Assembly: GCA_024278935.1 (NCBI GenBank)
Contig: JAJRSF010000003.1
Span: 3,730 to 67,729 of the forward strand
Direction of reading: 5' to 3'
Length of the DNA: 64,000 nucleotides
Source of the DNA: Candidatus Zixiibacteriota bacterium
GTDB taxonomy: Bacteria > Zixibacteria > MSB-5A5 > GN15 > FEB-12
In this document: positions 36,969 through 47,600 of the stretch, piece by piece
Layout: each line of letters starts with the position of its first letter
How positions within the stretch are numbered: the stretch's first letter is position 1
The notes under the pieces: generated by a model
Database searches by the model: none
What the model saw: the letters and a program-made list of their open reading frames with translations, nothing else
Told to the model about the DNA's origin: nothing
Program-made: the position numbers and the translations under genes

Positions 36969-38348
36969 ATGGAATATAGAATTGAAACTGACTCAATGGG
37001 CGAAATCGAAGTACCGTCGGACAAATATTACGGCGCTCAAACTGCTCGCTCTAAAATGAATTTTCAAATCGGCAACGAACAAATGCCAACCGAACTTATC
37101 CGTGCATTTGGTATCTTAAAAAAATCTGCCGCTTTGGTAAACATGGAACTTGGCATTCTCGATAAAGAAAAAGGCGAACTGATTGTCAAAGCTGCCGATG
37201 AAGTTATCGAAAACAAACTGGCCGATCATTTCCCACTTGTCATCTGGCAGACTGGTTCAGGCACCCAGACTAATATGAACGTCAACGAAGTGATCTCCAA
37301 CCGTGCTATTGAAATGGCAGGCGGAACTATCGGTTCAAAAACTCCGGTACATCCAAACGACGATGTCAACAAAGCCCAATCATCCAATGACACTTTCCCA
37401 ACTGCGATGCATATCGCTGCCGTTGAAGAAATCCATGGTCGCTTGATTCCGATGATTACTTTGCTTCGTGATACTCTGCAGAAAAAATCAGAAAAATTTA
37501 ATGATGTCATAAAAATCGGTCGCACACATCTTATGGATGCTGTCCCGCTTACACTCGGACAAGAATTCTCAGGCTATGTCATGCAGTTGACCAACGGACT
37601 TGACCGTATTGACTCCTGTTTGGTTCGTCTCTACCCTCTTGCCTTAGGCGGCACTGCTGTGGGAACTGGTTTGAATACCCATCCTGAGTTTGCCGTTAAA
37701 GCTGCTGCAAAAATTTCTGAACTAACCGGCAAAAAGTTTGTCTCGGCTCCAAACAAATTTGAAGCACTCGCTGCTCATGATGCTATCGTTGAAGCATCCG
37801 GCATTATGAAAACTCTGGCATGTTCACTTATGAAAATCGCATCTGATATTCGCCTGCTCGCATCAGGACCTCGTTGTGGCATTGGCGAAATTATTATCCC
37901 TGCCAACGAACCGGGTTCATCAATTATGCCGGGCAAAGTCAACCCGACCCAACCGGAAGCGATGACAATGGTATGTGCACAGGTACTTGGTAACGATGTT
38001 GCCGTAAACGTTGGTGGAGCAAACGGGCATTATGAACTGAACGTTTTTAAACCGGTTATGATTTATAATCTGCTTCAGTCAATTCGACTTATTGCTGACT
38101 CATGCGAAATGTTTAATAATAATTGTGCTGTTGGAATCGAACCGCATCACGAAAATATTAGGAAGTTCCTAAACAATTCTCTTATGCTGGTGACTGCTTT
38201 AAATCCGCATGTTGGATATGACAATGCTGCCAGTATTGCCAAGAAAGCACACAAAGAAGGAACGACCCTTAAAGAAGCTGCCGTCGCTTTAGGACTTTTA
38301 ACCGCAGAAGAGTTCGACGAAAAGGTCAAACCCGAAGACATGGTCTAA
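36969..38348 (+). CDS. fumC: Class II fumarate hydratase
   Basis: [16 protein letters not shown]..., signature [18 protein letters not shown] lies 6 nt before ATG 36969; the track start at TTG 36957 is unlikely. Confidence 0.92.
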   Translation: MEYRIETDSMGEIEVPSDKYYGAQTARSKMNFQIGNEQMPTELIRAFGILKKSAALVNMELGILDKEKGELIVKAADEVIENKLADHFPLVIWQTGSGTQTNMNVNEVISNRAIEMAGGTIGSKTPVHPNDDVNKAQSSNDTFPTAMHIAAVEEIHGRLIPMITLLRDTLQKKSEKFNDVIKIGRTHLMDAVPLTLGQEFSGYVMQLTNGLDRIDSCLVRLYPLALGGTAVGTGLNTHPEFAVKAAAKISELTGKKFVSAPNKFEALAAHDAIVEASGIMKTLACSLMKIASDIRLLASGPRCGIGEIIIPANEPGSSIMPGKVNPTQPEAMTMVCAQVLGNDVAVNVGGANGHYELNVFKPVMIYNLLQSIRLIADSCEMFNNNCAVGIEPHHENIRKFLNNSLMLVTALNPHVGYDNAASIAKKAHKEGTTLKEAAVALGLLTAEEFDEKVKPEDMV

Positions 38349-38389
38349 GTGTTTTTGTAGGGAACTGGCATGCCTGTTCCGTTATAAAT

Positions 38390-38420
38390 GTAGGGGCGTT
38401 TCTTGAAACGCCCTTTTTTT
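38390..38420 (+). terminator. GTAG-headed hairpin acting as the fumC terminator
   Basis: GTAGGGGCGTTTCTTGAAACGCCC followed by TTTTTTT. It is preceded by a second GTAG hairpin at 38357-38380. Confidence 0.65.
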
Positions 38421-38620
38421 ATTATTGAAATTAAATTTTCAATGCAACATGCAAGAACGGCGACACATCCTTGCGCCGCCGTTCCTAACTTAATTCTGTA
38501 AGATCCCTTTACATCCCACCCATAGAGGGTCTTATTTTATATACGCTACAATGCGAAAAATGTTCAATATTTATTGAATCTTTTATTTTTTTTCTCATTA
38601 TAATTCTCTATATTGTCGCC

Positions 38621-40291
38621 ATGCAAACATCGTTTCACATTCATGCCTTAGTAGAAGAGATCAAAAAAGAACTGATTGGGGCAAAAATTGTCTCAACGGA
38701 ATTCTACAAGAAAGAACGCTCGGCGTTCATTATCTGTAAGAACAAGAGTCGCTTAGCTCTTTCGTTTGTCTACCACCCAACCAAAAGCGGCGTGTATCTG
38801 ATCTCACCATCAAAAATTAACCTGACCACCCGTGAGAAACCGTGGCCGATATTTGCCTTAGATGGTGCCGAAATCATTGAGGTCAAACAGCTTGACTTTG
38901 ACCGAGTTATCCAAATAAAGCTTTTGCACAATGATAAAACGAAATTTCTGATCTTTGAAGCACTCGGTCCAAACGGCAATCTTTGGCTACTTAATGACAA
39001 GTATGAGAAAGAGTTAACTCTTCGAAAAAAAGATATTTCCAAAAAAGAGCTGTACCAAACATCGCCTCTGCCCGGTAAACTGAACCCAACCACGATGACT
39101 GCCCAATCCTTTCTTGATGCCTGCTCGCAAAAACCTGATTTGGCACTCACATTCTTTTTGGATCGGACGATTATTGGCTTTAATATCACTCTCGCACTTG
39201 AGCTTCAAAAACGAATAAATCTTGACCCGCTCAAAGCTTCTGAAATCGACCTTACTATTGCTGAAAAAATTATACAAGGGATCAAAGATTTATTAGCATC
39301 GTTTGACCAATTTGACAAAGGCTATTTGTATCAGGTCAAAGGGATGCACGAAGCGTACCCGATGAAATTATCATCAGTTGATATGCAACCTGAAAAATTC
39401 AAATCGTTATCACTCGCAATCATGGTATCGACTGAACGGAAAAACAATAAAGTCGAAACAAACGATGAAGAGAAAATTTATTTGACTGCTGTAAAAAAAC
39501 AGATTAAAAAATTGCAGAAACGAATTGGCAATGTCGAAAATGACATCACCAAAGCAGCCGATTATGAAACATACAAAACATACGGCGAACTTTTACAAAT
39601 CAATTTTGGCAAAATAAAAAAAGGGATGGAATCTATCACCGTCTCAAATATGTTTGACTCATCTGAAATAGAAGTCACAATAAAATTAGACAAAACTTTA
39701 TCACCCAATGAAAACGCTGAAAAATATTTTAAAAAACACCGTAAAGGACGTGAAGGTTTAGAACTTCTCAAACGTCGACTAGACATCACCATCGGTGAAC
39801 TTGCCCAAACAAAACAGATACTTTCAGAACTTGAACTGCAATTTCAAAACGCCAAAGAAAAATACGTATCTGAAATTTCTGCCATGCTTCCTCGTGAACA
39901 TATTAAAGCTATCAAGATTGAACGTCTGCCCTACCGAGAGCATCAGCTCTCAACCGGCTTGACAATTTTTATCGGGCGTGATGGTGCCGATAATGACCGC
40001 ACCACTTTTGAATTTTGTAAACCGTTCGAACTTTGGTTTCATGCTTCACAATGTGCCGGTTCGCATGTGGTCATGAAATACCCGAACAAAAGTTTCGAAC
40101 CATCAAAACTTGAAATCGAAGAGACCGCCGCTATCGCTGCCTTTCATTCTAAAGCACGTAATGATTCGATGGTGCCTGTTATATATACTCTTCGAAAATA
40201 TGTTCGCAAACCTCGGAAAGCAAAACCCGGCTTGGTCATCGTTGAACGGGAAAAATCTGTCATGGTCAAACCGAAAAACCATGCCGACTGA
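38621..40291 (+). CDS. rqcH: NFACT-family RNA-binding protein (RqcH / FbpA-like ribosome quality control factor)
   Basis: 556 aa with an N-terminal NFACT-N-like region and a coiled-coil middle. C-terminal NFACT-R (DUF814) motif GLTIFIGRDGADNDRTTFEFCKPFELWFHASQCAGSHVVMK. Confidence 0.75.
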   Translation: MQTSFHIHALVEEIKKELIGAKIVSTEFYKKERSAFIICKNKSRLALSFVYHPTKSGVYLISPSKINLTTREKPWPIFALDGAEIIEVKQLDFDRVIQIKLLHNDKTKFLIFEALGPNGNLWLLNDKYEKELTLRKKDISKKELYQTSPLPGKLNPTTMTAQSFLDACSQKPDLALTFFLDRTIIGFNITLALELQKRINLDPLKASEIDLTIAEKIIQGIKDLLASFDQFDKGYLYQVKGMHEAYPMKLSSVDMQPEKFKSLSLAIMVSTERKNNKVETNDEEKIYLTAVKKQIKKLQKRIGNVENDITKAADYETYKTYGELLQINFGKIKKGMESITVSNMFDSSEIEVTIKLDKTLSPNENAEKYFKKHRKGREGLELLKRRLDITIGELAQTKQILSELELQFQNAKEKYVSEISAMLPREHIKAIKIERLPYREHQLSTGLTIFIGRDGADNDRTTFEFCKPFELWFHASQCAGSHVVMKYPNKSFEPSKLEIEETAAIAAFHSKARNDSMVPVIYTLRKYVRKPRKAKPGLVIVEREKSVMVKPKNHAD

Positions 40292-40517
40292 AAACAAACA
40301 CACCCCTTAACTCCTAAAACAATAATGAGACCCCTTCGACAAGCTCAGGGTGACAAATTATAATTATCTTTTGAACCCCTTCCCTGGCTTGACCAGGGAT
40401 CCAGTCCTTTCGGAAGTTATCCACAATTCTCATTCAACTTTTTTCTTGTAATCACATCACACTCTTAAACTTACAGCAAATTGGCTTCGTTTTATCAAAT
40501 TTTAGTTTTTTATCGAC

Positions 40518-40577
40518 TGTAGGGGCGAACCTGTGTGTTCGCACTTAATTGGGCAGACACATAGGTCTGCCCCTACA
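40518..40577 (+). repeat. BIME-like doublet of two inverted GTAG-headed hairpins
   Basis: tGTAGGGGCGAACCTGTGTGTTCGC...GGGCAGACACATAGGTCTGCCCCTACa. A second copy lies at 60280-60339. Confidence 0.7.
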
Positions 40578-41131
40578 AAATAAAATGGGGTCGTTTCGCA
40601 CAGGCTTTGCCTGTTTTATTATCAATGATACTTCTTATAAAATGGGTTCAGTCTCATATAAAAAAGTTTTTTAAGGCACTTTTTCTTTCGTTTTTTAACT
40701 GTAACACAAACAGGTACAATCTATTATAGAGAAATGGCTTTGACTTCAAAAATGGCTTAAAGCCATTTTTGATAATATTTTTTGTAGTGTTATTGTTCAT
40801 GAAATTATTTCTTTCTAAATATTAAGTTATTCATATAATACAATGTGTTGAGAATTTAGGGCGAAGGTGTAAATAAATTGATTAAAATATAAACTGAGAT
40901 ACTTTGTCAGTAGCATTGAATATATTATTATAATTTGAACATAAATTTTATTTGCGAGGTGTGTTAGGAAAAGTTGATTGTATGATTGCTAAATTATTTT
41001 ATGTAATTAAAGTAAAACTTCTGGATCCGTAATCGAGTTGGGAATGACATTGGAGGAGGAAATTTAAATAAATCCTAAATTTGTTTACATATGTTCCTGC
41101 ACTGGACTCCGGTTTCGCCGGAGAGGAAATC

Positions 41132-41173
41132 AAAATTTCAGTGAATAGAAACCCACCCCAAGGGGTGGGCTAC
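41132..41173 (-). repeat. 42-nt GTAG-hairpin repeat, copy 1 (identical to 41493-41534)
   Basis: AAAATTTCAGTGAATAGAAACCCACCCCAAGGGGTGGGCTAC. Reverse complement of the GTAGCCCACCCC...TTTCTATTC hairpin seen at 26869, 28021 and 61886. Confidence 0.8.
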
Positions 41174-41176
41174 CCA

Positions 41177-41494
41177 ATGATTAAACTAAACAAAGATTGT
41201 ATAACTATCATGACCAATGACAACGAACAAGATCACCAATACCCTATCGACGGCACCCTTGACCTGCACCATTTTGCTCCCAAAGATACAAAAGAGGTTC
41301 TCCTTGAATATATCCGAATCTGCTTAGAGAAAGAAATTTACACTCTTCGTATTGTCCATGGGAAGGGAATCTGGGTCAAACGTGATATTGTACAGGCAAT
41401 ACTCAAAGAACATAATGCTGTCAAAGAGTTCCATCAAGAAGGTGGCTCGGGTGGAAGTTGGGGAGCAACGATAGTGACTTTACATCGAGAGTAA
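41177..41494 (+). CDS. Stand-alone Smr (small MutS-related) domain protein
   Basis: ...IDGTLDLHHFAPKDTKEVLLEYIRICLEKEIYTLRIVHGKGIWVKRDIVQAILKEHNAVKEFHQEGGSGGSWGATIVTL matches the Smr pattern LDLHG...HGxG...GG.GAT.V.L. Start is either ATG 41177 or ATG 41210. The first 32 codons of the track ORF are translated repeat sequence. Confidence 0.75.
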   Translation: MIKLNKDCITIMTNDNEQDHQYPIDGTLDLHHFAPKDTKEVLLEYIRICLEKEIYTLRIVHGKGIWVKRDIVQAILKEHNAVKEFHQEGGSGGSWGATIVTLHRE

Positions 41495-41534
41495 AATTTC
41501 AGTGAATAGAAACCCACCCCAAGGGGTGGGCTAC
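41493..41534 (-). repeat. 42-nt GTAG-hairpin repeat, copy 2
   Basis: Identical 42/42 to 41132-41173. Overlaps the Smr stop codon. Confidence 0.8.
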
Positions 41535-41695
41535 ACATTGTCTTACAGTCGGACAAGAATGTCCGACCTACGATTGTCAGGAATAACACTTCGACAAGCT
41601 CGGTGTGACTTATTGTAAAACACAATATTCTCCCATATAACAAAAGACCCGCATACAACAACGGGCCTTTTGTTTTTTGGAGTTACTGAAGAAAT

Positions 41696-44600
41696 TTATT
41701 TCAACAAAACCATTTTTCTGGTGTCGCTAAATTCTTCAGCCCTCAGACGATAGAAATACACCCCAGAGGCGTACTTAGAGGCATCCCACTCTATCTCTAT
41801 ATATCCAACTTGTGAATAATCTTCAAATGTTTCAACCACTTGTCCTAAGACATTGTAAATTGTAAGTTCCCAATCGGACTCAACCGGTAGAGCAAAATTA
41901 ATCTTGGTGGTCGGGTTAAATGGGTTTGGATAGTTCTGCATCAGCATGAAATTATCCGGTAGAATATCTATGTTGGCAAACATTACATAGCCTGAATTAG
42001 AACCGAGATTTATTTCTTTGATTTTTGTATTACCATTTAGGTTTAAGAACTTACCCTCGGTCAGGTTTGTTTTACCGTCAATTGAATAGACGATCACTTT
42101 AGTAAACTCACCATCAAAGTTATATCGCATTGACATATTGACAGCATCACCGGTGAGAGTAGGTTTTGCGTCGCCCTCAATAAGAATCGAGACTGCACCA
42201 ATATTTTGGTCGGTTTCAGAAATTACCAGCTGACCATTTTGAATTATAAAGTCTGCCTCGGAGACATCTTGTGGAACTAGTTTTGCAAATGGGTTAGCAT
42301 CGCCAACAATAACTCTTATGAGATACACTAAATCGGCAACCGACAGTGTCAAACCATCTTTGTTTACATCGGAGGCTGCAATCTGTCCTTCAAGATTAAC
42401 GGTACAGACCGAGGTTCCATAGATAAAGTAATTCGAGTAGAGAACCGCATCGGCAATTTCATAAGAGATTTCATTTAAGTTAATATCACCAACACCATCA
42501 ATAGAGTCAGCACAGACAATGTCGATACCACCATTTGTAAAATCAACACATCGTATTGGCAATTTACCAGGAGTACCACCACCGACCATACAATAATCAT
42601 GGGAGCCATAGAATCCCGGGAACCCATAAGAATTATCAGTCATAACATCACCTTCAAAGCCATAGACCTCACGAGAAGTCCATAGAGTGTCACCAAGTCT
42701 CGATGAAAGAGTATTGTCACCACAGTCAAACCAGAAGAACTTGATAGGAGCATACTGGCATTCGAGAGTTCTATCGTTTGAGACGAAGAAATCGATTTCT
42801 ACAATAGCACCTGCAACAGATTGGAGGAAACAATCAGGATGATAGCCGCCGTTATTTGTTTCGGCAATCCCGATAACTCGTATGACACCGCTTGGGCAAG
42901 CGTTGTTACAGTTTCCATCAGGACCATAACGATAGGTGAAATATTCCCATCCGCAATCAGTGAACAGTTCTCCCGGTTTAATAGTACCAACCGTTAAGGC
43001 CGACTGGTCGTAACCGAGAAGCAGGTCAAACCCGCCAATCTCTTTCGCGGAACCATCGTAGAAAATTTTCACTTTTTCATACTGACCTTGAATAGTAGCA
43101 TGGGTCTTTTCAATTTGCAGTAAGAAACATTCATCTATTTGAACCGTGATACAAATATTTTTAATTATAAATTTACCACAGTCATCGGTGGCTGTAACCG
43201 CAAAACAATATTCACCGGAAGAGTCCGCAGTAAAACAGATTTGATCAGTCGACTGGTTATAAGTAGCCGGCGATGTTACGGTGACATCAGTAAGGTTTCC
43301 ATCGACATCCGATGAGTTCACATCAATACAAATCTCACCCGGTTCATCCTGATAGACAACAAAACTCGTCAGCATATTTAGAGTCGGTGCTTCGTTGTAT
43401 TCGACAATAACAGTTACTGTGTCATAACCTTCGGCACCACAATCATCAGTCGCACGAAGGACAAACTGATAGCTCTGTCCGTCGACTGCAGTTGGTGTGA
43501 AACATACTTCGTTGGTTGAACTGTTATAGGAACCGGTTGCTGAAGTAAGTTCAACAATGTCTAAATTATTGTTAGGGTCAGATGATAGAACAGGGAAACA
43601 AATATCTTCAACAGCACATAAGAACTGTGTGAAATCATCGCCACCGTTTACAACAGGCGGATCATTTAATTCAAGAGATACAGTGAAGGAATCAATACAA
43701 GCGGCACCACAAGAATCAAGACACATAATTTTTACAAGAACCGATTGGTCAGATGTTGGTGTGTAGACCCACTCGCTACCGACAATAGAACCAGGTCCGG
43801 CAAGCAACTCGCAATGGTCAAAGTTGTTGTCAGCATCGGATGAATTTATCGGAAGCCGTATTTCAGTCGCGGTACATTGGAACAGAGTTGTATCATTCGG
43901 AAGTTCACAAATCGGCGCAGAGTTTAAGCCGATAGTAATCGCTACCGTATCTTCATCCGATAAACCACAAGCATCAACAGCTCGTAAGACAAATGTATAA
44001 ACACCGGCTGTGTCAGGCGTGAAACAGATTGTAGAGTTTGCGTAGGTTCCAACTGAAGTTGTCACATAGACGCTATCTAAGTTGGCATCAGGATCCGTTG
44101 CGGAAACAGACCAACAAATTTCGGAGTTATCACATAGGAAGAAAGTAGCATCGGCACCAGCGTTCACAACAGGAGCATCGTTAAATGAGACGGTGACATA
44201 TAAGGAGTCATACCCTGTTGCTCCACAATCGTCGATAGCTTCAACAACAAAGAGATAGTTTCCCGATGTGTCAGGTGTGAAACAAACAGAATTAGCAACA
44301 GTATCAATCAGACCCACAGTAGTCAGAAGCAACTCGGAACTGATATTGTTATTCAGATAGTTGGTTGTATAAGTGTAACAGAGTTCTTGCCCTGAACAGA
44401 GGTGGACAGTTGTATCATTTCCAAAAGCAATCGTAGGGTCAGAATTCACAGAGATATTATAGGTCATACTCAAAGTATCAGAAGCACCGCACGAGTCAGT
44501 AACAACTGCGTTGACAGTATAACTATTATTTGCAGAAGCATTAAAGCACCAGAGACCATCAGAGGTCACGGTACCATCGCCAGAAAGTCTTGACCAAACC

Positions 44601-47600
44601 AACGAGCCACCATCAACATCGGATGCAGCAAACTGGTAACAGATTTGATCACTCACACATAAGACTGTATCTACCGGCGATGCTGGGTCAACAGCAACAG
44701 GATTTTCATTGATAACAACATCAACAATAACAACACATGAGTCGGCACCACATGCTGCTGTTGCGACAACAGAGATTTCATAATGACCCGATGTGTCAGC
44801 AGGGAAACAAATATTACCTGACTGATAAGTTCCAATCGGTGAGACTGTAACTGAAACGCCGGAACCATTGATACCTACCGGTACACAAATCTCTTCAGCT
44901 TGACAGATAAACAAAGACTGTGTTGTTGGGCAACTTATTGTAGCACCTGAACCAATACTTACATTAAAGTAAACTTGGCAAGTATCAGAGCCACAAGCTT
45001 CATCGGCGATAAGAGTTATTGCGTAGAGTCCTGCAGTGTCTGCGGTGAAACAAAGTTCGCCACCTGCGTAGGTTCCAAACGATGTGGTCACGACAGCAGT
45101 TGATGGTTGGATGTCAATCATCTGACAGACTACATCAGCGGCACAGAGATTAATATCTATCGTATCGGTTGGACATGTTATGACAGCCGTTTCGCCAAAG
45201 TCAACTTGGAATGAAACAGTATCTAAAGCAGAAGCACCACATGAGTCGGTTGCTTCAATTATAAATTCATATAGACCCGAAGTAGTCGGGGTAAAGCAGA
45301 TTTGATTATTTAATGTATCAATTGCACCAAAGCCAGAAATCATCTGTTCGGTCATACCTACTAATCCATCAGCGTCTGAGACAACGTAGCCAACACAAAG
45401 TTGGGTCGGTGTACATAGTAGAGTATCGTTGTAGGTATCAAAGAGAACCGTCGGTGCATTATTTAGCACGATAGTTATCGTCATTGTATCAACGGTGAAA
45501 GCACCACAAGCATCACTGCCATCTAAGATAAACTGATAATCACCAGACGCCATAGGAGTGAAACAGATTGTCGAACCGTTATAGGTTCCACTTCCGCTAA
45601 AGTTTGTTGCAGTCAGGTTATTGTCAATATCGGTTACCGATGCGTTCAGACAAATTTCCTGCGACTGACAAAGTGCGATAGTCTGATCAGATTCCAATGA
45701 TACTATCGGAGCAGTGTTAAGTTCGACAGGAACTAAAACAGTATCAACCGAAGAGGCACCGCAGTCATCAGTAACATTTATAATAAATGTATACACACCT
45801 GATGTGTCAGGAGTGAAACAAACTTGGTTGTTCGGTTCATCGAGAGTACCGAATGCTGAAAGGAGCGAAACAGTTTTACTTTGCGGGTCGTTTGGATCAG
45901 AGACGGTGTAGCCTACACAAAGCAGAGCCGGTTCGCAGAGAGAGAAAGCAGATATATTTTCAAAAGCAATTATCGGTGCTTGGTTAATTTTAAACTCAAC
46001 CGTAAATGTCGACTGGCAACTCACACCACATGAATCAACACACTCAATCGTTACAGAAACAAACTGACTGGCTGTTGGAGTGTAACACCAGTTACCACCT
46101 GACAGAGTTCCAGGTCCCGAAATGATACTGCAGAAATCTAAGTTCCCGTCAATATCAGAACCTGACAGAGGTAAACAAACCGAAGTCAGAGTACACTGAC
46201 TGATAATAGTATCAGCAGGGACATTACAAATCGGAGCTGAGTTTAAAGTTACATCAACAAGAACTGTGTCCTGCCCTGTCAAACCGCAGTCGTCGGTTGC
46301 TTCTAATATAAAGGTATAGACACCACTTGTATCAGGGGTGAAACAGATTGCAGAACCATTATAGGTTCCAACCGCAGTAATCAAGTTACAAGTTGCTAAG
46401 TTACCGTCAATATCATCACAAGAAGCAACTACACAAATTTCGGCAGGAGTACATTGGAAAACAGATTGGTCTGTTCCCGCCGATGCGGTCGGAGCATTGT
46501 TAAATTCTACACAGACAATAAGTGTGTCAAATGCTTCCAGTCCGCAGTCATCAGTGGTGCGGAATACAAACTCATAACAGAAACTTGAATCAGGCGTAAA
46601 ACAAAGTTGACCAGCTGCAAAAGTTCCGACACCCTCTGTCATCTCCAGCAGATTTAGATTTCCATCAACATCCGATGCTGAAATAGTTTGACAAATTTCA
46701 GTAGGAGTGCATTGGAAGAAATTTTGATCAACTCCGGCATCAACGGTCGGAGCAAGATTCAGATTGATTGTTATATTAACAGTATCAAGAGATACAAATC
46801 CGCACTCATCAGTAACGCGAGCAACAAATTGGTAGGTTCCCGGCGTTAGCGGATAGCAACAGATTTGAGAATTCATTGTATCAACAACACCATTGCCTAC
46901 AAGTAAATCTATACCTGAAATATTATTATCAATATCAGAAACAAGATATGGTACACAAACAGATTGCGAAACACACAGCGAGATAGTTGTGTCATTGGCA
47001 AGTGTTATAAGTGGTGACGAATTAAGGGTTACATTGTATGAGACAGAAACCGTGTCAGCAGCACCACATGAATCAGATACTACCGCAGTCATGGCATAGC
47101 TTCCAGCACCTGCCGATGTAAAACAGAACTGACCGCCAGATGAAACAGTACCAACACCGGAAAGCTTCGACCATGTCAGAGAAGAACCATCAACGTCGTT
47201 TGCAGTAAACTGATAACAAAGAGATTGATCAACACATAAGAATGTATCAATAACCGCAGGAGGATCTACAGCAACCGGAGCCGAATTGATTACGACATCC
47301 ACAACAACAACACAGCTATCAGCACCACAGGCAGTAACAGCTATAACTGAAATTTCATAATGTCCCGATGTGTCGGCGACAAAACAGATATTACCCGATT
47401 GGAATGTTCCGATAGGAGAAACCATCACAGTAACACCTGAACCATTGACACCAATAGGAATACAGATCGAATCTGATTCACAGATAAACAAATTTTGACT
47501 TGGTGGACAAGAAATTTGGGCAGCAGTACCTATGACAACATTGAAGACAACTTGACAAGTATCGGAACCACAAGCTTCATCAGCAATGATAGTCGCAGAA

